Counted from the first letter of the stretch, positions 7,096 through 16,557 are shown. The stretch is DNA of 38,636 nt from a virus (IMGVR_UViG_3300019879_000029:1-38636), one strand, 5' to 3'. Numbers and translations: made by a program. Notes: generated from the sequence alone by a model not told the origin.

Positions 7096-9263
7096 TGTCT
7101 ACCTACACGGACGAGCAGCGCGCGGCAGCCGCGAAGATGGCAAATCAGCAACTCGGAGAGGTAGCGCTGCTCCCTGGCCTTGGCAGAGGGTTCCCTGTCG
7201 GGTGGTATCCAAGAACCAAAGCCCAGGAAATAGCGCTCGCTTCGCTTGCAGACATCCTGTTCTTTGGCGGTTCGGCCGGTAGCCTGAAAACCGAGACGTT
7301 GCTGGTCGATGCCGCAATGGAGCGTGACAACCCGAATCTGCGCGCCATCATATTCCGGCAGCAGTTCACGGAAATGACCGACATTGTAGACAAGACAAAG
7401 AAGTTATACCTCCCGATGGGTGCGCGCTACGTCGGACAGCCGACGTGGACATGGACTTTCCCTTCGGGCGGCAATATTCGCCTGGCTATCATGGAAAACG
7501 ACTCCGCTGTCGATAAGTACATGGGCCCGCGGTACTGCGTGGCGCGTGGAACTCTAGTGCTCATGGCCGACGGTTCCTATAAGCCAATTGAAGCGATTAA
7601 GGTTGGAGAATATGTCCAGACATTAGAGGGGCCGAAATCTGTAACCCATGTGCACGCGCCGGAGCGCAAGCAGTGTGTCAACTCTAAGGTCTTTGATTCA
7701 CGTGGAATCCTTATTGGGATGCAGGCACATCCACTAAACCATGCGGTTCTATCGGAGCAAGCGTGGGACTCTTACGCTTCATTAGCAGATGGTCGAACTT
7801 GTTACACAGCGTCTGGTGATTGCATCCCAGGAGTTTCGCAGCCGCAAGCGTTGTCCTTCCTCGTAAGGCTTCACGTACCTGATCTTCATTCAGGTGGCGG
7901 GTCCCTGCGCTCACCCATTGAATACCGTGCATCTTATGACCACCCATATAAGAATTGTAGGCGTCATGCGTCGTTACCCAGTGAACTCGGGACATGTGTT
8001 ATGGCTCCGTGCGGCGAGATGGAAGTCTATGACATTACTGTGGCTGAGGTGAATCATTATATAACCGCTTCCGGACTCATCAACCAGAATTCGTTCATTG
8101 GGTTCGACGAGTCCACGTTCCACACCGAGTATCAGATCCGCAATATCCTCGGCCGGTTGTCTTCGACCGATAAGCGCTTGCGACTGCGTGCGCGGTTGGG
8201 ATCCAACCCAGGCCACGTGGGAGCCATATTCCACAAGAGCATGTTTCTCCGCGGCGCATGTCCAGTGCACGAGTTAAATAAGTGCGCGGTTTCAGGACAA
8301 CTCTACTACGACGCTGTTTGGCCATCGGACAAGATGCCGCTCCGGGACGACGATGGGAACGGGTTTTCTGTGTGCTTTGTCCCTGGCCGACTGACAGATC
8401 ACAACCTACTGGACGCGAAGTACATCTATCGTTTGCGCCAACTATCCGGCGGCCTGGCCAAAGCCATGGAGCAAGGCTGCTGGTGCAAGCTCGAGGGTGC
8501 TTACTTCTCGCACTGGGATCAAAACAAGATGAGAATTCCTTACGCTTCAATCCAGGAAAACTGGTGGGATACGCACTTTATCTCGATCGATTACGGTTTC
8601 GGGAAGAGCTCGGCGGCCGCCTACCTCCACGTCAAGTTGCAGACTGGGCAGATACGGACGATTGCAGAGATCGTCGAGTCCAAAGTGCCGGCCGAGGATT
8701 TTGGCAAGATGGTGGCTGATGCCTTCGTCAAACCTCTCTACCATGGGCAACAGCGCCGCGTCTGCGCGGTGTTCTTAGACCCTTCAAACTTCAAGGATAT
8801 TGGCGACGGGCACACGATCGCCGACCAACTCCAGGACCAGTTCTCACCCTACAACATTGGCGTGATTCGGGCGTCTAACGATCGCCAGGGCCGGTGGCAG
8901 TTGATGTACACGGACTTGAAAACGGGTAACTGGGCGGTAGCTGATACCTGTCCAAAGCTGTGTGACGCCATCCCGAGCCGCATGCACGACCCCAAAAAGA
9001 CTGGGGACATCATCAAGGTAATCGGCGATCCGCTCGATGACGCGATGGACTGTGCCGGGTACGGTCTCTATTCGTTCACGAACGTCGGAGAGATACCGGC
9101 GCACGAAAGGGCGATGGAGGCCATCAAGGGCATCCCGAAAGAGGACGTGACCTCGCGCATGGTCTTTTACCAGAAGGCGATCGCCGAAGCGGCGCCGAAG
9201 CCGATCGCGATGGGACGCCGCGGAGCATACAACGTCAATCGGTTACGTGGCCGGCGCCGTTAA
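7095..9263 (+). CDS. terL: Terminase large subunit, intein-containing
   Basis: Walker A-like FGGSAGSLKT, Walker B FIGFDE, coupling motif GSNPG, nuclease motifs SIDYGF, FLDPS and DDAMD. Confidence 0.92.
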   Translation: MSTYTDEQRAAAAKMANQQLGEVALLPGLGRGFPVGWYPRTKAQEIALASLADILFFGGSAGSLKTETLLVDAAMERDNPNLRAIIFRQQFTEMTDIVDKTKKLYLPMGARYVGQPTWTWTFPSGGNIRLAIMENDSAVDKYMGPRYCVARGTLVLMADGSYKPIEAIKVGEYVQTLEGPKSVTHVHAPERKQCVNSKVFDSRGILIGMQAHPLNHAVLSEQAWDSYASLADGRTCYTASGDCIPGVSQPQALSFLVRLHVPDLHSGGGSLRSPIEYRASYDHPYKNCRRHASLPSELGTCVMAPCGEMEVYDITVAEVNHYITASGLINQNSFIGFDESTFHTEYQIRNILGRLSSTDKRLRLRARLGSNPGHVGAIFHKSMFLRGACPVHELNKCAVSGQLYYDAVWPSDKMPLRDDDGNGFSVCFVPGRLTDHNLLDAKYIYRLRQLSGGLAKAMEQGCWCKLEGAYFSHWDQNKMRIPYASIQENWWDTHFISIDYGFGKSSAAAYLHVKLQTGQIRTIAEIVESKVPAEDFGKMVADAFVKPLYHGQQRRVCAVFLDPSNFKDIGDGHTIADQLQDQFSPYNIGVIRASNDRQGRWQLMYTDLKTGNWAVADTCPKLCDAIPSRMHDPKKTGDIIKVIGDPLDDAMDCAGYGLYSFTNVGEIPAHERAMEAIKGIPKEDVTSRMVFYQKAIAEAAPKPIAMGRRGAYNVNRLRGRRR
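7536..8090 (+). mobile_element. Intein (185 aa, no recognisable in-frame endonuclease) in terL
   Basis: Block A CVARGTLVLMADGSYKPIE; block F/G VYDITVAEVNHYITASGLINQN/S. Excision restores YMGPRY-SFIGFDE. Confidence 0.9.
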
Positions 9264-9290
9264 AAAAAGGATTCTTGTACTTAAGTCCCT

Positions 9291-9599
9291 TCACGGCAGG
9301 ATCACCGTATCCTCTACCGATCCATCACCCTTGGTAACACGCATTCGCAAGGCTGGCCCGCGTGGCCTATAAATACTGTCGGCCATGTGCCACATTTCTG
9401 TGGGAATTGGGCGATCGTCAAACAGTAATTGCGTTGTACAGAAATCTTGCTGATCGTCTTCCGTGCTATTTGCGTACAGAAATGAAGCCACCATCGGCAG
9501 TTTGTGTTGTTTGCATACTTCGATGATTTTGGCCATCAGCGGAGCTACTTCCCTGTCGTAAACATCCTCTAAATCAAAAGACTTTTTATCGTCGGGCAT
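9291..9599 (-). CDS. Hypothetical protein
   Basis: GGAGGTG SD before ATG; convergent with terL. Confidence 0.7.
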   Translation of the reverse strand: MPDDKKSFDLEDVYDREVAPLMAKIIEVCKQHKLPMVASFLYANSTEDDQQDFCTTQLLFDDRPIPTEMWHMADSIYRPRGPALRMRVTKGDGSVEDTVILP

Positions 9600-9627
9600 C
9601 TTTCACCTCCAAGGGTGTAATTACCCT

Positions 9628-9652
9628 AAAAAAGGCCCCTCACCGAGGGGCC
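9628..9652 (-). terminator. Intrinsic terminator
   Basis: Minus strand GGCCCCTC-GGT-GAGGGGCC-TTTTTT. Confidence 0.8.
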
Positions 9653-9675
9653 GTAGAAGTGTTCTCGTGTTCGTT

Positions 9676-9864
9676 TTAAGCTCCGACGGGAGCCTTTGTG
9701 GGGTCGCCCGATAGGGCGATATCGATCTCGGCCAACTCTTCGTCCAGGTGCTTCCGCTTTTCGTCGGGAGTGAGCAACCCGGCACGCTGCGACTGTAGCC
9801 GCTTTTTGCGCGCCAGCAGTGCATCAGTCCGCTTGTCGGCGATCTCACGACGGATCGCTTCCAA
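9676..9864 (-). CDS. Small coiled-coil hypothetical protein (start uncertain)
   Basis: Helical charged ORF. The strong SD/ATG at about 9880 is one base out of frame. Confidence 0.5.
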   Translation of the reverse strand: MEAIRREIADKRTDALLARKKRLQSQRAGLLTPDEKRKHLDEELAEIDIALSGDPTKAPVGA

Positions 9865-9879
9865 CTGCGGAGCCAGCCA

Positions 9880-10107
9880 TCACTCTCTACCTCCTCCTCC
9901 GTCTCGCAATTGTCCTCGCGTGGCCACTTTTATACCGAGTTCACCAGCGGTGCGCTTCAAACTCTCGGCATCTTCAGCCGGAACCGATAGAACCTGCCGC
10001 CACGTAATAGCGCAAGGAAGGCAGACGTAAATGCCTTCATCTTTGAGAAACTGCACTCGCGGCGGGCGATGCCCATTTGGGCATGTGGACTGCCTCGGCT
10101 TTGCCAT
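9880..10107 (-). CDS. Small Zn-finger-like protein
   Basis: GGAGAG SD; CPNGH...CLPC. Confidence 0.6.
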   Translation of the reverse strand: MAKPRQSTCPNGHRPPRVQFLKDEGIYVCLPCAITWRQVLSVPAEDAESLKRTAGELGIKVATRGQLRDGGGGRE

Positions 10108-10148
10108 TACTCTCTCCTCCCTCTCTCCCGGTAAGACTCACCGGGCCG

Positions 10149-10463
10149 TCACGCCCCGTATAGTTTTCTTTGATTAGATTTCGGCAATGGAAACCACATG
10201 CTTATTCTCCGCTTGCCTGTGTACCCGCATTCGTGGCAACCCATCGGCCCACAAACTTGCTGGCCGTCAACGTAGTCAGTGCAGCCGCTACAGTTCTGCG
10301 TCCATGTGCCCACAAATCCGAATACCTTTCCGCGCTTGACCACCATCACGCGCTTCTTTTCATCGGCCCTCAACTTCGCCGCTAGCCGAGAATTGCTCAT
10401 CTCTACAAGATTGATTGGCTCAATCTCCTCTTCTGACTCAAACTCTTCTTCTGGTTGGCTCAT
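10149..10463 (-). CDS. Hypothetical Cys-rich protein
   Basis: GAGG SD before MSQPEEE; CSGC...GCHECG. Confidence 0.6.
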   Translation of the reverse strand: MSQPEEEFESEEEIEPINLVEMSNSRLAAKLRADEKKRVMVVKRGKVFGFVGTWTQNCSGCTDYVDGQQVCGPMGCHECGYTGKRRISMWFPLPKSNQRKLYGA

Positions 10464-10485
10464 TTTCCTCTCCCGCCCTCTGGCC

Positions 10486-10875
10486 TCATAAAATATCTGA
10501 ATTCCTGTCGTTTTCCGCAACCCAATACGCCGCCATTTCCGCCTTGAAATCGAACTTGTAATCTATCGGCCCGTACTCTGCCCAATCGTCCTTGCTCTGG
10601 ATTTTAGCCTGTACGATTCCCGCAAGAATGCAGCACGGACAACTACCCGCCAGTTTCCGCAAATCGGCTAGACCGTAATCGGTTTTCTCATATGTGACGC
10701 AAGCTTTCAGTTCTTCAATTGGCCGCTGTTGGTCTTCGATGCCATATTTGTGCAGATTGCAAACTCTCGCTGGGTTGCCGACGCACCGTGATTCATGCGC
10801 AGCCATTGACGATTTGCGATAGCCGATCTTCTTGCAGAAGTCGCAACCATACCGGATTATGTGCCGTGAGCGCAT
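10486..10875 (-). CDS. Zn-finger protein
   Basis: CDFC...HESRC...C; CPCC. Confidence 0.65.
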   Translation of the reverse strand: MRSRHIIRYGCDFCKKIGYRKSSMAAHESRCVGNPARVCNLHKYGIEDQQRPIEELKACVTYEKTDYGLADLRKLAGSCPCCILAGIVQAKIQSKDDWAEYGPIDYKFDFKAEMAAYWVAENDRNSDIL

Positions 10876-11021
10876 TACCTCTTCGCCCTTTTGCGGAGAG
10901 CGGACAAGAAAACCGCCGCATCATGCCGGGTATTGAAGACCACTGAAATCTTGTCGCAGAAGTTCGTGCGGACGTTCACCAGCACTTGCCCAGTGTAAAT
11001 CCTGTTTGATGAAACTTTCAT
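10875..11021 (-). CDS. 48-aa hypothetical protein (below track cutoff)
   Basis: MKVSSNRIYTGQ...KRAKR*; coupled to both neighbours. Confidence 0.5.
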   Translation of the reverse strand: MKVSSNRIYTGQVLVNVRTNFCDKISVVFNTRHDAAVFLSALRKRAKR

Positions 11022-11434
11022 TTTGTGCTCCCGCCCTCTGGCTCTGGGGCTGCGTGTTCCAGTGCTTCCCGTATTAGTTCTGGTATGCGCTTGCTAATTT
11101 CGGCGGGTATGTGCTCCTTATCAACGCAGTGGTACAGATTAAGCAGTCGAAAGGCGTCGTTCTCCTGGCCCTCTTTGATTCCAAAGAACCTTGCCGCTTG
11201 ATTTACCGGACAGACGTCAAACCATCCCTGTCCCCATCTGGGAATCGCCCTGCGTATAGCAGAAACAATTATTTCCTCGCTATATGCATCGGCATATTTG
11301 TTCCGCGTGTCAGATTGTCCCATTGATGGCCTCTCTCGGTCTTGATGATATGGGTGAAATGCCGAACTTCTAAGCATGTTTTGTAGAGCAACAAATCCAA
11401 AAATTCCCATCTCTCCTGCCTCCCTGTCCCGCAC
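11018..11434 (-). CDS. Hypothetical protein (start may be ATG 11323)
   Basis: First ORF of the leftward block. Confidence 0.5.
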   Translation of the reverse strand: MRDREAGEMGIFGFVALQNMLRSSAFHPYHQDRERPSMGQSDTRNKYADAYSEEIIVSAIRRAIPRWGQGWFDVCPVNQAARFFGIKEGQENDAFRLLNLYHCVDKEHIPAEISKRIPELIREALEHAAPEPEGGSTK

Positions 11435-11489
11435 TCTCTGCTAGGGCCCGCTTACTTGCCGGCTCGTCGCCGTGAATAAGTTGTATCCA

Positions 11490-11580
11490 ATATCACCCAC
11501 CTGGTTTCCTGGAGTCAACAAAAATCTTTACCTTGGAGTAAAGTATTTGCTTGACTAGGTTGCGGCGGTTGTGCCATTCT
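11490..11580. promoter_or_regulatory. Divergent promoters with a central inverted repeat (operator candidate)
   Basis: Rightward TTGACT at 11551 with CATTCT; leftward TTGACT at 11518-11513; CTTTAC-N6-GTAAAG at 11526-11543. Confidence 0.55.
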
Positions 11581-11589
11581 TCTGCTGCG

Positions 11590-11796
11590 ATGAAAACAGA
11601 TAAACAATTACTGACGGTCAGGGAACAAGAGTTTTTGGCCTTCTTGAAGCGGTATCGCGGTAAACTTCCGTCCCAGATAGAGATTGCAAGCGACTTCGGG
11701 GCCTCCAAGCAGAGGGTGTATCAACTCATAGGACGCCTCGAAGAAAAAGGCCATTGCTTCCAATTGCCTGTATATAAGAGAAAGAAACGTCCGTGA
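11590..11796 (+). CDS. LexA-type winged-HTH DNA-binding protein, no protease domain
   Basis: LTVREQEFLAFL...PSQIEIASDFG...VYQLIGRLEEKG matches the LexA N-terminal domain pattern. Confidence 0.75.
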   Translation: MKTDKQLLTVREQEFLAFLKRYRGKLPSQIEIASDFGASKQRVYQLIGRLEEKGHCFQLPVYKRKKRP

Positions 11797-11972
11797 GTCT
11801 TCCTGTCCGTCCACCGTCGTACATCCATCAAGAGGAACCTCCCTTCGCGGAGTGGGCCGAGGCTGGGCGGATAATTGAAACGCCACGACAGATAGTGAAG
11901 AAAACATTCGGCTGGTTTGTCTTGCCGGCCTTAACTGTAGCGGTTCTACTGCTGTTTGGAAGGAGACACTGA
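11793..11972 (+). CDS. 59-aa protein with C-terminal hydrophobic helix
   Basis: GTGA/TGATG coupling; FGWFVLPALTVAVLLLFG. Confidence 0.5.
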   Translation: MSLPVRPPSYIHQEEPPFAEWAEAGRIIETPRQIVKKTFGWFVLPALTVAVLLLFGRRH

Positions 11973-12214
11973 TGCCCACTGGCAAAGTAACGGAAGAGTT
12001 GGAAAAACTTGAAGCAGACGCACGGCGGATCGCAGCGGAAGCCAAGCAAGCAACCCATGAACTTTCAGTCGCCCTTGCCGAGATTCCTCCTGAACGCCTG
12101 AAGCAATTGGTGTTCGATCTCGAGGTACGGATGTTCGGACGCTGCGGCATGTCCCAGGACGGACACACCAGTCGGGAACTGATTGCGGGGGTAGCGCGAG
12201 GTTGCGGGAAGTGA
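11972..12214 (+). CDS. Hypothetical protein
   Basis: AGGAG SD; coupled. Confidence 0.6.
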   Translation: MPTGKVTEELEKLEADARRIAAEAKQATHELSVALAEIPPERLKQLVFDLEVRMFGRCGMSQDGHTSRELIAGVARGCGK

Positions 12215-12453
12215 GCCGGCGTCGAGCATTCACGTTGGGCGATGGGAAGTTTGTAATCGAAGACGAATACGCCCAAGAGGTCTACGTCGGCATAGCCGAT
12301 ATCGACTTGGACAATACTTCGGTTCAGGCTGCCAGCGACCTTCTGCGGAAATGTAAACCGAGGCGTTCGGAACTTGGCAGTTTGCTGGTGACGATTGCTT
12401 TCAGTGTGGGCGCTTTGATTCTGGGGTTGGTGATTGCCAGGGTGTGCAGATGA
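12211..12453 (+). CDS. Hypothetical membrane protein
   Basis: GTGA overlap; C-terminal transmembrane segment. Confidence 0.5.
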   Translation: MSRRRAFTLGDGKFVIEDEYAQEVYVGIADIDLDNTSVQAASDLLRKCKPRRSELGSLLVTIAFSVGALILGLVIARVCR

Positions 12454-12677
12454 AACGTCTTTCAAATAATTGGGTCCTCCTCTCGAAGGATGATTTGTGT
12501 GTATTGTCTGCGGCTGTCGAGCTTGCCATTGAATTAGTCGAGAGCGACATCGACAGCAACACGCGGCCAAATCCACTTGACCATGACAAGGAGTACAGGC
12601 TTTGGCTCCGTTCGATTAAAGAAAGCCTCCGCACGTATCGCAGCTATTCCAGAAAATTAGCGATGGTGCGCAAATGA
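12450..12677 (+). CDS. Hypothetical protein
   Basis: ATGA overlaps at both ends. Confidence 0.55.
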   Translation: MKRLSNNWVLLSKDDLCVLSAAVELAIELVESDIDSNTRPNPLDHDKEYRLWLRSIKESLRTYRSYSRKLAMVRK

Positions 12678-12892
12678 GCAACCCATTCGCCGTGACAACG
12701 GTGAGATGTTCGGGGCCAAACTGTGAGTCCGTCCGCAAGGAAGTGAACCATTGGTTCGTGGTGACAATGGGCGAGTCTTTCATCTGTCGCCCGTTCGATG
12801 CTTTCAATCTGCGGCCAATAGACAAGCCGGTGTGCGGTCAGCAGTGTGCACAGCGTCTTTTTGAGAAATATCTAGGCGAGGGAAAACAATGA
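12674..12892 (+). CDS. Small Zn-binding protein
   Basis: CSGPNC...NHWF...CGQQC. Confidence 0.6.
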   Translation: MSNPFAVTTVRCSGPNCESVRKEVNHWFVVTMGESFICRPFDAFNLRPIDKPVCGQQCAQRLFEKYLGEGKQ

Positions 12893-13125
12893 TTATCACG
12901 ATGCCAGAGTGGTTCCAGTTGTATCTAGGCCGACTGACACCAGCACAACAAGGCGACCTTGGATGCTGGATTCTTCAGGACAGAAATGACAATAAACCCA
13001 CCACTGAGATCATGGCTGTCATTGATCCTGGAACAGAGAAGTTCGTAAGGGCCGAAGACGTACATCAAACCGGCTGTGTTTGCGCTGATTGCGCAGGGGC
13101 GGCACTGACAAGCGATAACGACTAA
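12889..13125 (+). CDS. Hypothetical protein
   Basis: GAGG SD, ATGA overlap; HxxxCxCxxC. Confidence 0.55.
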   Translation: MIITMPEWFQLYLGRLTPAQQGDLGCWILQDRNDNKPTTEIMAVIDPGTEKFVRAEDVHQTGCVCADCAGAALTSDND

Positions 13126-13141
13126 AAAAGAGGATACCAAT

Positions 13142-14446
13142 ATGGCAGAGAATGGCGGGCAAGAACCAACGTCGTCAGCGATGACTACAACACAACCTGA
13201 AGCGCCCAAATCGGACGCGATCACCACCAGGTCAGCGGCAGTGTCCAACGCCATCCCGTTCGGGATGTTTGGTCTCCAGCCTACAACATTCCAGGAGGCT
13301 ATGAGCGTAGCAAACATGTTGGCTTCCAGCACCTGTATACCCAAGAAGTTCCAGGGTAAGCCGTCTGATTGCCTCGTGATGATGGAGTACGCAGCCAACC
13401 TGAAGGTCCCGGTTATCCAGGTGATGCGGTTTTTCATGATAGTGAACGATACCCCCGCCATCTACGGCGATCTGATGCTAGCCGTGGTCATTAACCATCC
13501 AGCCTATGAATGGCACAAACGCTATCTTCGCGGTGAAGGGGAATCCCTTGAAGGCGTGTTTGAAATCAAACGACGTGGACAAGATGCGGCTATATACTCA
13601 TTCAGCGCCAAAGACGCCAAGACCGCTGGCCTGGGTAACGTTCACAAGACGTTCCCGAAAGACATGCTGCAATGGCGGGCGCTCAGCCGCGGGTGTCGCG
13701 ATAAGTTTGCGGATGCTCTCTGTGGGCTAACCTCGGTCGAAGAAGCCCAGGATATTGCGCCTAGCGGCCCGACGATCGAAGGTGTAGAGGATGCCGCAGA
13801 CCCAGTAGATGCGATGGCGCCACTCCGGGAGTTGGCCTTGGAGATTGCTGACTTCTACAAGAACAAGCTTATTACTGACAGCGAAGGCAAACGCTACAAT
13901 GACGCCAGGGTCGCGGCAATGCTGGGTAATTGCAGGAGCGCGGTGGAGTTGCAGTCGGCCTATGATGCCGGTAAGGCGGAACTAGCGAGACGCGCAGAAG
14001 TTATGGCGATTCCGGTCACTACGCCAGCCGCGGAAATACCTTGTTCCGGTCGTGCTACCGACGGTGAACCGTGCGCGTTAGCTGTGCATCCTGAAACCGT
14101 TCAGCATTCTGTCACTGGGCCATACCGGAACGCCCGCCCACCCGTACCGGAGGAAAAAGCAGCGCAGCCACAAACACCTCCATGCAAGGCATGTGAACGA
14201 ATCAAGGGTAAATGCTACGACTGTATCCAGAAAGAAAAGGAGTATCGCGTTCAACGCTTCAAGGATCTCCTTGCCCAATGGGAACAAGTAGCCGGACGGG
14301 AGCCTATCGGCCCGCCAACACTCAAGCAGTTCGAAGCGCTGGGAAAGGTGCCACAAGAGCAGGAGATTGCCAAAGCTGAAACATATCTCGCGAGCGTTAC
14401 CGATGATGCTGCTCCCGATCAAGGGAAGGCCACGCTCTTCAGTTAA
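13142..14446 (+). CDS. RecT-like ssDNA-annealing recombinase with long C-terminal extension
   Basis: GKPSDCLVMMEYAANL...IVNDTPAIYGD...DAKTAGL...PKDMLQWRALSR...FADALCG. Confidence 0.75.
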   Translation: MAENGGQEPTSSAMTTTQPEAPKSDAITTRSAAVSNAIPFGMFGLQPTTFQEAMSVANMLASSTCIPKKFQGKPSDCLVMMEYAANLKVPVIQVMRFFMIVNDTPAIYGDLMLAVVINHPAYEWHKRYLRGEGESLEGVFEIKRRGQDAAIYSFSAKDAKTAGLGNVHKTFPKDMLQWRALSRGCRDKFADALCGLTSVEEAQDIAPSGPTIEGVEDAADPVDAMAPLRELALEIADFYKNKLITDSEGKRYNDARVAAMLGNCRSAVELQSAYDAGKAELARRAEVMAIPVTTPAAEIPCSGRATDGEPCALAVHPETVQHSVTGPYRNARPPVPEEKAAQPQTPPCKACERIKGKCYDCIQKEKEYRVQRFKDLLAQWEQVAGREPIGPPTLKQFEALGKVPQEQEIAKAETYLASVTDDAAPDQGKATLFS

Positions 14447-14463
14447 AAAGGAAAGAGAAAGTT

Positions 14464-14745
14464 ATGACGTACTGGGTATCGATATTGGGCAGGGTGATGA
14501 TTGTCGACGCCGACAATGAGATCGAGTTAGCGTATAAACTCCGGAAGCATTATACGAACGGTGAGGCGATAGCGTTCCCTGTTCCTGGTCCTGCTGATGA
14601 TGTTTCGCCACAGATGACGGAGTGGCTTAAAACCGCTCCGCGCGAGGTCCCACTTGATCCAGAGAAAGACATTCCTGCTGAGTTGTGGCTGGATGTAAAT
14701 ACGACTACGGCAGCAAGACAGGCAGCAAAGGCCCAGATGAACTAA
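14464..14745 (+). CDS. Hypothetical protein
   Basis: ORF in operon with SD. Confidence 0.55.
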   Translation: MTYWVSILGRVMIVDADNEIELAYKLRKHYTNGEAIAFPVPGPADDVSPQMTEWLKTAPREVPLDPEKDIPAELWLDVNTTTAARQAAKAQMN

Positions 14746-14771
14746 ATCGGTAACTCGCGGGGGAGGGTGAC

Positions 14772-16055
14772 ATGAAGATAGTCGAGCTTTACGCAGAAAA
14801 TATCAAACGTATCAGTGTTGTTGAGATTAAGCCCACCGGGAACATGGTTGAGATCTCGGGACAGAATGGCAACGGCAAGACATCTGTGCTTGATGCTATC
14901 TGGTGGTGCCTGGGCGGTACGAAGAACATCCAGGAGCAGCCAGTCCGGAAAGGAGAGGAGAAGGCCCTGGTAAAACTAGACCTGGGAGAGTTGAAGGTAA
15001 CTAGGCGCTTCACCAAAAACGGTTCTACCATCACAGTGGAGAACGCAGACGGCGCCAAATACCCTAGCCCCCAGGCCATGCTTGACGCGCTAATCGGAAA
15101 CCTCACGTTCGATCCCCTGCAGTTCATGCGCATGGAGCCCAATAAACAGTTCAACGTGCTCCGCGGAATGGTGAAACTCGACGTGGATCCGGAGGCTCTG
15201 GACCGACAAAACAAGGCTGATTTCGATGTCCGCACTGACATCAACCGGGATATCAAGCGCATGGAGGGGCAACTTTCAGGGTTCAACTTGCCCCAGGGCT
15301 TGCCGGCCGTGGCGATAGATACACGTGCCCTCGTGGAGAAGATCGCTACCGCCGGCAAGCAGAATGGCGAGATTGTCCTGAACAAAGAAGCATACCAACG
15401 CAACCGCCAACAGTTCATGAACGGCGTTACCATGGCCAAAACTGTTGCGGCCAAACAGAGGCAGCGAATCGAAGACCTTCGCCGCGAGATCAAGGAGTGC
15501 GAAGAAGACGCCACACAAAAAGAACAAGAGGCCATCGAACTATCCGAGGCCCTCGATAATCTCCGGGAGCCAACCGAACAAGAGATCAACACCGGAGCGC
15601 TCCAGACCGAACTAGAGCAGGCACAAAATACGAATGAATCTATTCGTCGCCGCTCGGAGCGGGACACACTGGTGACCCAGGTCCAGGAGAAAGAGAAGGA
15701 GGCCACAGAGTTGACTCGGCGCATGAACGTGCGCGACCAGAACAAGTTTGATGCTATCTCGCGCGCACAGATGCCTGTCCCTGGACTCGGGTTTGGACAG
15801 CAGGTAGTCACATACAACGGGCTGCCTCTCGGTCAGGCTTCTGATGCCGAACAGTTGAGAGTGTCCTGCGCGATCGCCATGGCCGCCAATCCCACGTTGC
15901 GCATATTGCGTGTGCGCGATGGTTCCCTGTTGGATGACAAGAGCATGGCACTCCTGGCTGAAATGGTGGATGCCGCCGACTATCAGGTCTGGGTGGAACG
16001 CATCACTGGCGGCCCGGCGGCGATCGTGATGGAGGACGGCCATGTCAGAAAATAA
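14772..16055 (+). CDS. SMC/RecF-like ATPase with coiled coil
   Basis: Walker A GQNGNGKTS, central coiled coil, signature-like ASDAEQ, Walker B-like LRVRDG. Confidence 0.85.
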   Translation: MKIVELYAENIKRISVVEIKPTGNMVEISGQNGNGKTSVLDAIWWCLGGTKNIQEQPVRKGEEKALVKLDLGELKVTRRFTKNGSTITVENADGAKYPSPQAMLDALIGNLTFDPLQFMRMEPNKQFNVLRGMVKLDVDPEALDRQNKADFDVRTDINRDIKRMEGQLSGFNLPQGLPAVAIDTRALVEKIATAGKQNGEIVLNKEAYQRNRQQFMNGVTMAKTVAAKQRQRIEDLRREIKECEEDATQKEQEAIELSEALDNLREPTEQEINTGALQTELEQAQNTNESIRRRSERDTLVTQVQEKEKEATELTRRMNVRDQNKFDAISRAQMPVPGLGFGQQVVTYNGLPLGQASDAEQLRVSCAIAMAANPTLRILRVRDGSLLDDKSMALLAEMVDAADYQVWVERITGGPAAIVMEDGHVRK

Positions 16056-16557
16056 AGAACCCGTCAAATACGACGCTGAGAAATGGACCGTGCCGGCTGC
16101 AATCAGAGAGATGGAATCCTTAGATTTCGGCCCGTTACAGACAAATCCTGCATGGCTATGGTTGAAGAAGAACCTGCTCCATCAACCCGGAGCCAAACTG
16201 CGATCAACGCCTGGTCCCTGGCGCCCAGCTAAGGGGTTTTACGGCAATAATAGTTACAGTGCTGTCGTCGCCGACGTCCTGCCAGTCGGAGCATTGAGCG
16301 GCTCAGATGATATCGATGGGTATGGCGGTTTTCTGATCGCTGAGAGTATCGCAAAATGCAACATCCCGTTGATCGTAGCAACTCCTATGCTGCGCGATAT
16401 CGTGGCCGCATTCCGTTCTTCGAGCTTTGACCAGCACGTAACTGAGATCATGTTTCGCTATGGAATTCAGCCGCGCGGTGGATCCGTCACAGAAATATTA
16501 AACTTTCTTGCCGATGAGGCGCTGCGCCTTGCCGGCGAAGCGGATAAAAGGCCATGA
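16042..16557 (+). CDS. Hypothetical protein
   Basis: GGAGG SD; TPGPW motif common in phage small proteins. Confidence 0.6.
   Translation: MSENKEPVKYDAEKWTVPAAIREMESLDFGPLQTNPAWLWLKKNLLHQPGAKLRSTPGPWRPAKGFYGNNSYSAVVADVLPVGALSGSDDIDGYGGFLIAESIAKCNIPLIVATPMLRDIVAAFRSSSFDQHVTEIMFRYGIQPRGGSVTEILNFLADEALRLAGEADKRP

Noticed and set aside
7536-8090. Active LAGLIDADG homing intein
   Set aside because: Only 185 aa, with no LAGLIDADG blocks in frame.
11608-12576. 322-aa minus-strand ORF
   Set aside because: Antisense to five tightly coupled plus-strand genes, with no recognisable motifs.
14789-15817. Long antisense ORFs (also 1353..2183, 24082..24879, 18358..18921)
   Set aside because: Shadows of well-supported plus-strand genes in moderately GC-rich DNA.
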